From: an uncultured Spirochaetota bacterium | GTDB taxonomy: Bacteria > Spirochaetota > Spirochaetia > SZUA-6 > CAVTHK01 | DNA: 64,000 nt | NCBI GenBank assembly: GCA_963734495.1 | Contig: CAVTHK010000007.1 | Location: 192,001 to 256,000, forward strand | Direction of reading: 5' to 3' | Part shown: piece by piece, positions 53,773 through 64,000 of the stretch | Position numbering within the stretch: position 1 is the first letter of the stretch | Layout: the number at the start of each line of letters is the position of its first letter | Notes under the pieces: generated by a model | The model's database searches: none | What the model was told of the DNA's origin: nothing | Seen by the model: only the letters and a program-made list of their open reading frames with translations | Made by a program: the position numbers and the translations under genes

Positions 53773-54507
53773 ATGGCGCCCGCGAACCCGGCTCTCGACC
53801 TCTTCTCGATCGAGGACCTGCGCTCGGCCGACGCCCTGAAGCGGCGCTACCACGAATTGCTCAAGCTCTACCACCCGGACAGACACGCGGGAAAGACGGA
53901 GTGGGCCAACAGGACGGTCCGGGCGATCATTGCCGCCTACAATACACTCAAACTCGCGGTGGGAACAGCGCCGGCTCGCGAGGAGCCGGTGGATCTCCGG
54001 CAGGTCTTTCAGTCCGGGGACGAGGCGCTGCGGCGCGCGGTCTCGCTCGGCTGGCTGAGGCGCGTCCCGCGCCAGCCGCGCGACAGGGAGCTGCGGCGCC
54101 GGATCGAGGAGGCCCGGGACGCGTTCCTCGAGCACCGGCGGCAGGGACGCCGGCCGGCGTGGGCGGGATTCTACGGCCGGCTCTTCGCGGCATTCCTCGA
54201 GGCGACGGACGCGGGCGCGCCGCTGCCGTACACATGGAGCACCCCTTACGCATTCCGCGACCTCAGGTCCGCGAACGCGCTGCTCGAGCGAGGCATCCGC
54301 GACTACTACCACCATCGCGAGCGGGACCGGCTCGGGACCCTGGGGGCGGTGGCGCTCTCGTACCTCGGCGATGCCTCCCGCTTCTACTCCTACATCAGCC
54401 GACGGCTGGAGCCGGGACCGGTCAAGGAGGTGGCCCAATCGAGGATCGCGATCGCGAAGGCCTTCCAGGAGCGGATCCGCAGCGGGGCCCACCTCGAGCC
54501 GGGCTGA
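53773..54507 (+). CDS. J-domain protein
   Basis: LKRRY-x-x-L-x-x-x-YHPD...I-x-x-AY-x-x-L followed by a helical domain of unknown function. Confidence 0.85.
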   Translation: MAPANPALDLFSIEDLRSADALKRRYHELLKLYHPDRHAGKTEWANRTVRAIIAAYNTLKLAVGTAPAREEPVDLRQVFQSGDEALRRAVSLGWLRRVPRQPRDRELRRRIEEARDAFLEHRRQGRRPAWAGFYGRLFAAFLEATDAGAPLPYTWSTPYAFRDLRSANALLERGIRDYYHHRERDRLGTLGAVALSYLGDASRFYSYISRRLEPGPVKEVAQSRIAIAKAFQERIRSGAHLEPG

Positions 54508-55142
54508 TGCGGGACGCGGCGGAGGTGCTCGTCGTCTTCGCCGCCCTGTTCCTCCCCGGCTACTTCTCCGCGCCGCGCGAGGCGTTCGCCGGCGGGCTGC
54601 TCCTGTTTCTCGGCGCGGCCCTGTTCCAGACGCTGCTTCTCCTCTACCTGATGTCGTTGCGCGGTCCGGGGGCGCTCGCGAGGTCCGGAGTGCGAGCCCC
54701 CGGCGCGCGGGACCTGTTCGTGGCGGTCGCGGCCGCCGCGGCCCTGCTCGCGCTGTCGGCTTCCCTCGGCTGGGTCGCCTCGCGCCTCGGCGAGGCGGGG
54801 CGGCAGGCGCTCCCGCCCCGGCTGCCGGAGCTCGCAGGCGCGGCGCCGGCCGTGCTCGCTCTGCTGTCGCTCGTCACGGGGTACCGCGAGGAGCTCTTCT
54901 ACCGGTGCTACCTGGTCCCCCGTCTGTCGGCGATGGGCGTGCCGGCGGCTGCGAGCGTGGCCGCCGCCGCCGCGGTCTTTGCCGCGGGCCACGCGTACCA
55001 GGGCCCGCTGGCCGTCGTGCTCGCCCTCGCGCAGGGGGCCGCCTTCGGGGCGCTGCTGCTGCGGGGGACCAGCCTGCACGGGCTCGCGCTGGCTCACGCG
55101 CTGTACAACTTCATCGTGCTTCTTGCCCGCCCTGGCGGGTGA
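54507..55142 (+). CDS. CPBP (CAAX/Abi) intramembrane metalloprotease
   Basis: EELFYR, FA-x-GH-x-YQG and H-x-x-YN motifs; TGATG coupling to the upstream gene. Confidence 0.88.
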   Translation: MRDAAEVLVVFAALFLPGYFSAPREAFAGGLLLFLGAALFQTLLLLYLMSLRGPGALARSGVRAPGARDLFVAVAAAAALLALSASLGWVASRLGEAGRQALPPRLPELAGAAPAVLALLSLVTGYREELFYRCYLVPRLSAMGVPAAASVAAAAAVFAAGHAYQGPLAVVLALAQGAAFGALLLRGTSLHGLALAHALYNFIVLLARPGG

Positions 55143-55224
55143 CCCGCGGGCGCACAGCCGCGGTCGCATAACAGCCCGGGCGCCACGCCATCCCTGGCGC
55201 GCCCGGGCACGAACATCCCTGTTC

Positions 55225-55253
55225 TTGACACCGGGACGGGGCCTGCCTAAATT
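55225..55253 (+). promoter_or_regulatory. fabZ promoter TTGACA-17-TAAATT
   Basis: Read directly. Confidence 0.7.
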
Positions 55254-55278
55254 GGCGGCGCCCGGAAAGGAACCCAAG

Positions 55279-55707
55279 ATGCACGATATCGAGCAGCTCC
55301 TCCCGCACCGCGCCCCGTTCCTCTTTGTCGACCGCCTCGAGAAGACGACCGAGGAGGAGATCGTCGGCTACCGGACCTTCACCGATCAGGAGCCCTTCTT
55401 CAAGGGGCATTTCCCCGGCTATCCCGTCGTCCCCGGAGTCATCCTCATCGAGACGATGGCCCAGTGCGGCGGGGCGGGGATTCGCGCCATGGGCACCCTG
55501 GGCGACGACGCCCTGTTCTTTCTCGCGTCCGTCGACAAGGTGAAGTTCCGCAGGCAGGTACGGCCGAACGAGACGGTCAAGCTCGTGATCACCAACCTCA
55601 GGGTCTCGGCGCGGACGCTCAAGCAGAAGGGCGAAGCGCGCGTGGGCGATGAGCTCGCCGCCGAAGCCGAGTGGCTGTGCATCGTGGGGAAGCAGGGGCA
55701 GACGTGA
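55279..55707 (+). CDS. fabZ: 3-hydroxyacyl-ACP dehydratase
   Basis: LPHR-x-PFLFVD, F-x-GHFP-x-x-P-x-x-PGV-x-x-x-E-x-MAQ, KFR-x-x-V-x-P. Confidence 0.95.
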   Translation: MHDIEQLLPHRAPFLFVDRLEKTTEEEIVGYRTFTDQEPFFKGHFPGYPVVPGVILIETMAQCGGAGIRAMGTLGDDALFFLASVDKVKFRRQVRPNETVKLVITNLRVSARTLKQKGEARVGDELAAEAEWLCIVGKQGQT

Positions 55708-55749
55708 GCGGCGCGCCGGCGCGCGGGAGCGGCCCGCGCCGGTGATGCG

Positions 55750-55791
55750 AAAATCAGGCGGGCCCGACCACCGCATGGCGACCGGGCCCGC
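55750..55791 (-). terminator. Probable rpsU terminator
   Basis: GCGGGCCCG/CGGGCCCGC stem followed by CTGATTTT. Confidence 0.55.
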
Positions 55792-55803
55792 AGGAGCCGC
55801 GCC

Positions 55804-56016
55804 TCAGCGCGGTTTCCGGTGCGTGGTCATCTTCCGGAGCTTCTTCAGGATCTTCCGCTCCAGGGCTTTCTTCTTGCGGTTCTTCAGGGCCGAAGGCTTC
55901 TCGTAAAACTCCCGCTTCTTCCACTCGCGGATGATGCCTTCCTTCTCGACCTGCCGCTTGAAACGCTTGAGCGCTCTCTCAAGAGCCTCATCGTCGCCGA
56001 CTTCGATGTAGGCGAT
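55804..56016 (-). CDS. rpsU: 30S ribosomal protein bS21, ATC start codon
   Basis: Not in the ORF track. Manual translation: (M)[50 protein letters not shown]…, 70 aa; SD GGAGGTGA. Confidence 0.95.
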   Translation of the reverse strand: MAYIEVGDDEALERALKRFKRQVEKEGIIREWKKREFYEKPSALKNRKKKALERKILKKLRKMTTHRKPR

Positions 56017-56022
56017 GGTACC

Positions 56023-56955
56023 TCACCTCCCTTCGTCAACGGGTGCAGAGGGCGTCATTATAGCGGCGAGCAGGGCCCTGTCAACATGGCCGGGGACCTG
56101 CGCGCCGTCGACGAACGCCTCCGGGTCGACCGCGACGCCCGAGACGCGGACCTCCCAGTGGAGGTGAGGCCCGGTCGCGAGGCCGGTGGAGCCGACCAGT
56201 CCGAGCCGGGCGCCGGCGGCAACCTCCTCGCCCTCGGAGACCGCGATCTCGGACAGATGGTAGTAGAGCGAATAGACCCCCGGCATGTGCTCGATGACGA
56301 CGCTGTTGCCCGACACGACGCGGTGCCGCGCCATCACGACCCGGCCCGCGGCGGCAGCGACGACCGGAGCTCCTTCGGGGAGCGCCAGGTCCACGCCGCC
56401 GTGAATGCCGACCATGCTCTTTCCATCGGACAGAAGGTACTCACGCACCTCGCCGTACGGCGAGCTGCGGCGGAAGCTGGCGACCGGCATCACGAAGGGG
56501 TCCGCGTGGGGGCTCGCGTCCGCGTCGAAGACGGCGAGCCGGCGTTCGAGCTCGGCGTTCTCGGCGTCCCGCACCGGATCGCGCCTCGTGAGCAGATCGC
56601 TGAGCGCGGCATCGAGGGGCAGCTGCAGCCTGTGGAACTCGCGCGGCACCACGGTGACCGGAGCGACCTCCCCCGCGGACCGGACCACGTACCGCCCGGG
56701 CGGGGTGCCGGCCGGCACGCCGAGGACGAATCCGTAGCGGAGATCGCGGACCCGGAAGAGCCGCGTGGCCGCGACGACGCGGCTCCCGTCGGCCTCGCGG
56801 AGCTCGACCGGCTCGAGCAGCAGCGACCTCTCGGACTCGCCCTCGAGCGTCCCGATCAGCGGGCTGCCCGGCGCGACGCTGGATTCCACATCGATCGCCC
56901 CGCATACCTGCGCCGCCAGGGCGGCCGCGGCCAGGGCCGGAAAAAAACGTCTCAT
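56023..56955 (-). CDS. M23 family metallopeptidase
   Basis: HGGVD, G-x-x-V-x-x-x-H, YYHL, STGLATGPHLHWE. Confidence 0.92.
   Translation of the reverse strand: MRRFFPALAAAALAAQVCGAIDVESSVAPGSPLIGTLEGESERSLLLEPVELREADGSRVVAATRLFRVRDLRYGFVLGVPAGTPPGRYVVRSAGEVAPVTVVPREFHRLQLPLDAALSDLLTRRDPVRDAENAELERRLAVFDADASPHADPFVMPVASFRRSSPYGEVREYLLSDGKSMVGIHGGVDLALPEGAPVVAAAAGRVVMARHRVVSGNSVVIEHMPGVYSLYYHLSEIAVSEGEEVAAGARLGLVGSTGLATGPHLHWEVRVSGVAVDPEAFVDGAQVPGHVDRALLAAIMTPSAPVDEGR
56057..56084 (-). promoter_or_regulatory. rpsU promoter TTGACA-16-TATAAT inside the M23 gene 3' end
   Basis: Perfect consensus hexamers read directly. Confidence 0.75.
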
Positions 56956-56959
56956 CGCT

Positions 56960-59063
56960 TCACGTCCGCTTCACATCGAGAATGCTGAGCTGCAGGCGTC
57001 TGGCGGCCCCGCCACTCGTTGCGCGAGAGCCGGTAGACCGACGTCGAGCGACGCGTCGACTACCAGCTCCTTCCCCAGCCGGTCTGCGGCGTCCCACCAG
57101 ATCGCCGGCCACTTGTGCTGCTCGCTCGCCAGCAGCAGCCGCACGTGGGAGGCGCCCTTCTTGCCCACGGCCTCGCACTGCACGATGCGCAGGCCCCGGG
57201 TCAGGAACACCAGCGGCGGGTTGCCTTCGCCATAAGGCTCGAACCGCTCGGCGACCTGGAAGAGCTCCGGTGTGAGGTACCGGGGCGGGATCTCGGCGTC
57301 GACGCGGATGACTTCGCTTTCCGGTTCGCCTTCCTCGAGCTCGCGCGCCGCCTCGTAGAAGCGCCGCTCGAACTCCGGCAGGTTCGGCACCGGCATGTTG
57401 AAGCCGGCGGCAAAGTCGTGGCCGCCGTAGTCGGTGAACAGGTCGGCAAAGGCGTCGAGAAAGCTCTTGAGGCGGACCCGGCCGCGCAGCGAGCCCACGA
57501 CGCGGTCCTCGAGGCAGGCGGCCACGAGCGCCGGGGCGCGGAAGTGGCGCGCGATGCGCGCCGCGAGGATGCCGGTCACGCCGCGGCTGACGCCGGCGTC
57601 CGCGACCATGACGAAGCGGCCCTCGGACCTGCGGTGGCTCTCGCGCGCCTGCGAGAGCACCTGCTCCCAGATGCGCTCCTCGATCCCCTTGCGCTTCTCG
57701 TTCGAGCTCTTCGAGCGAGGCGGCAAGCTCGACGGCTTCCGCCTGCTCGCGGGCCAGCAGCAGGCGCACGGCGCGGTCGGGCTCGCCCATCCGGCCCGAG
57801 GCGTTGATCAGCGGCGTGATCTGCCACATCACGGCCTTGGCGTCGATCGCGCTGCCGTGGAGCCCCTTGCGGTAGAGCAGCTCCCGCAGCCCCACCCGCT
57901 CGGTGCGCGCCAGGCGCTCCAGGCCGCGCTTGACCAGCACGCGGTTCTCGTCCCGCAGCGGCATGTTGTCCGCCAGCGTCGAGAGCGCCACGAGGTCCAG
58001 GCGCGCGTCCAGCTCGTCGAGCAGGCCGAGGCGCTCCCACGCCGTCTGCACGAAGAGGTCGCGCAGCACCTCGATCTCGGCCGAGTCGGAGGCGGCGCGC
58101 CGCGCCTCCGCGATGCGCAGCAGGCTCTTGCCTGCGAGCTCGGGGTGGCGCTCAGCCGCGAGAGGGGCGAGGTCGCCAGTGTCGGCGGGCAGCTCCACGG
58201 GCCTGCCGAAGCAGCGCGCGAGCAGCCGCGCCGCGAGCTCCAGGTCGTAGACGACGAGCCCGCAGCCGGAGATGAACGCGTTCAGGCCGCTCGCCTCCGC
58301 GCTCGAGAGGCCCGGCACGTGGGTCTCCGAGCAGCCGGTCCGTCCTCGACCAGGTTGAGCATGCGCACCGCCTCGAGCCGGTAGGCCTCGTTGATCGGCC
58401 GCACGTTCAGCAGCACGACGGGCTGGCCGTAGAAGTCCTTGCGCGAGAAGCGCAGCGCCCACGAGAGCTTGGCGGCCACGGCGCACGCGGACAGGTGCTC
58501 GAACGGGTAGCCGCTGTCCTCCATCCGCGGGTTGAGCATGGCGCGCACGACGGGCACCTGCCCGTGCGGAAGGTGGTGGTCCACGACGATGGTGTCGATG
58601 CCGGCCTCGGCGGCGGCCGAGATCTCGGCGATGCTCGAGACGCCGCAATCGACGGCGATCAGCAGCCCGGCGCCGGCGGCGCGGATGCGCTCGACCGTCT
58701 CGGCGCGAAGGCCGTAGGAGTCGTCGCCCAGGGGCACGCCCCACTCCACCTGCGCGCCGAGCTCCGTGAGGCTCTCGACGAGGAGCGCCGTCGACGTGAC
58801 GCCGTCGACGTCGCGGTCGCCGAACACGAAGATCCGCTCGCCCCCGTCGATGGCCTCGTTGATGCGGTCGACCGCCTCCTCCATCTCGACGAACTCGAAG
58901 GGGTTGTGCAGCAGCCACGGTTCCGACTCGAGGACGCAGCGGATCTCCCTCGGGTCGGTGACGCCCCGCCGCAGCAGGACGCTCGCGCTGATGAGATCGA
59001 TCCCGTGTCGCGCGGCCACGCTCCTCACCTCGGTGGGGTCGATGGCCTGTTTGTCCCAGCGCA

Positions 59064-59064
<1 letters not shown>
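56960..59064 (-). CDS. recJ: Single-stranded DNA exonuclease RecJ (frameshifted)
   Basis: GDRDVDG, YGL, VDCG, DHH, T-x-AD-x-x-PL-x-x-ENR, P-x-INA-x-GR, GGH-x-x-AAG, EPYG-x-GNP. Confidence 0.92.
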
Positions 59065-60374
<1,310 letters not shown>

Positions 60375-60378
<4 letters not shown>

Positions 60379-60923
60379 GAGCCTGCCTCCAGGACCAGCG
60401 TCTGCAGCGGCCGGTACTCCGGGCCCTGCGGCCGGAGGATCGACTGGAAGAGGACAAGACGATCAAAGGTGAAGGTCAACGCCGGCCCGCCCGCGACCTG
60501 CTCCAGCCCGGGCTCCGGCCTCTTGACCCGCGCGAGCGTCAGGTGCGGGACAAAGGGGCGCGCCTCGGGGCTGTGGCCGAGTGCGGCGATCCGCTGCGCG
60601 TAGCGCGCCTGCAACTCGGCCACCTCCTCCGCGCCCTGCGCGAGCGCGAGGTAGATGACGCGCGGGGGCGCCCCGCGGCCGGGCGGGAAACGCCCCACCT
60701 CACCCGTCCGCGCCCGCACGGCGCTTCCGCGCACGCCGGCAAGGTCGTCCGAGAGCCGCCGCGCCTGCTCGTCGGGCAGCTCGCCGAAAAAGTGCAGCGA
60801 GATGTGCAGCAGCGGAGCCGCGACCCACCCCACTTTCGGGAAACGCCTGCGCCACTCGCCGGTCCAGCGCTCCACGGCCGCGGCCGTTTCCGCCGGCACC
60901 GGGAGCCCGGTGAAGAGCCTCAC
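60375..60923 (-). CDS. thpR: RNA 2',3'-cyclic phosphodiesterase (2H phosphoesterase)
   Basis: RLF, HISLHF, PHLTLAR, S-x-L-x-x-x-GP-x-Y. Confidence 0.9.
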
Positions 60924-61738
60924 GCCAGCCCCCGCGCGGCCCGCTGGGGCTCGTCGGCCGGCCCGTGACCGCGGTCGGCGCCGCGATCGGAAGCCGCCTC
61001 CACGCTGACCGAGGAGAGCGGCACCTCGACCACGTTCTGCACCATGGCCAGCAGCAGCGAGCGCAGGGCGCGCTCCCCCGCCTCGTCCAGGCCGACGCGC
61101 GCCGCGGCCTCCAGGCCGAGCGCCGAGGTGTGCAGGAGGTAGCGGCGCGCGCCGGCCGGGACCGGCGCCGCGCCGACCGAGCGCGCCGCGCACCGCGGGC
61201 AGAGCGCCGCTGACTCGCCCCAGGCCATGCTCTCGTCGGGCCCCACCTGCCGGCCGCACTCGGAGCAGCGCTCGAGGTCCGGCGCCTCGCCGGTGAGCGA
61301 GAGGTACCGCCAGAGAAACTGCAGCGAGATGCGGCGCACCGTGTCGCGCGGGGCCCGCTCGCACAGCGCGAGCGATTCGCGCAGCAGGACGAAGAGGGGC
61401 CGCGCGCTTCCGCCGCCGGCGTACGACTTGAGGATCAGCTCCGCCCAGAGCGACGCGGCGTAGTAGCGGGCGAGGCTCGCCCTGATCCCGTGATAGAGGG
61501 AGAGCCCTTCCATGTCGGTGATCTTGTAGCTGCGCCTCACCGGGTCGTAGTACAGAAACACGCGGCTCAGGCAGAACGCCTCCGTGGTGCTGCGCAGGCG
61601 GCTGCCGATCTTCTTCGCGCCGTGCGCGATCGCGGACACGAGCCCCTCGCCGGGCGTGAAGAGGGTGACCGTCTTGTGGATTTCGCCGAACTGCCTGCTC
61701 TGGAGGACGATTGCCTGGGTGACGGAGTGGCGGAACAC
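60920..61738 (-). CDS. recO: DNA repair protein RecO
   Basis: AIVL...GE-x-HK...A-x-GA-x-K-x-x-SR, and CSEC/CPRC zinc finger. Confidence 0.92.
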   Translation of the reverse strand: MFRHSVTQAIVLQSRQFGEIHKTVTLFTPGEGLVSAIAHGAKKIGSRLRSTTEAFCLSRVFLYYDPVRRSYKITDMEGLSLYHGIRASLARYYAASLWAELILKSYAGGGSARPLFVLLRESLALCERAPRDTVRRISLQFLWRYLSLTGEAPDLERCSECGRQVGPDESMAWGESAALCPRCAARSVGAAPVPAGARRYLLHTSALGLEAAARVGLDEAGERALRSLLLAMVQNVVEVPLSSVSVEAASDRGADRGHGPADEPQRAARGLA

Positions 61739-61988
61739 CGCTTTCGATTGAACCACATCGCCGCGAGGTTTGTCAAAGCGAGCAGTCCGGCGCAGTCCGC
61801 CATCGGCCGTTCGGGCAGGCCGGAACCTGCCCGCGCGAGCGACTTGAGGCGGCTTAAGGGCACTTGCCCAGCGGCCCGGAGTGTGTTTACTTCAAGGGGA
61901 GCCCCTGCGCGCCCCGCCGAGCCCCCGAGCTTCAGCCGCGGGCGGAGCGCGCGAGAGCAGCGCATCCTATTGAGCCTGGAGGACCCTC

Positions 61989-64000
<2,012 letters not shown>

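Overview
This is a high-GC chromosomal window from a spirochaete, most likely a free-living Spirochaetia. The assignment rests on FlaA, a spiro-SPASM radical SAM protein and a UPF0164 protein. Content is mostly core genes: flaA, a cell-wall amidase, xseAB, a ychF-like ATPase, pgm, pta, dapB-dapA, rsmA, comEC, fabZ, rpsU, recJ, pdp, thpR, recO, lon, tRNA-Val(GAC) and tRNA-Lys(TTT). Many genes, including essential ones, carry single-base frameshifts (densest at about 9.6-20.6 kb). I read these as long-read or assembly indel errors, so genes are reconstructed across frames. No CRISPR array, integrase, transposase or prophage was found. The most notable observations are: (1) a translationally coupled operon of radical SAM/SPASM, glycosyltransferase-like, SpsF-SpsG-methyltransferase fusion, ATP-grasp, amidase and GerMN genes ending just upstream of flaA; (2) a giant periplasmic-sensor/HAMP/PP2C phosphatase operon with a giant TPR protein, divergent from a FadL-like outer-membrane protein; (3) two independent intercistronic arrays of covarying hairpins with GGA/AGA loops directly upstream of ribosome-binding sites; (4) an rpsU missed by the ORF track that starts at ATC behind a very strong SD; (5) a roughly 760-bp HNH-only islet between tRNA-Lys and a decayed copy of that tRNA; (6) many apparently leaderless sigma70 promoters. 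All family calls are from motif recognition by eye; no searches were run.
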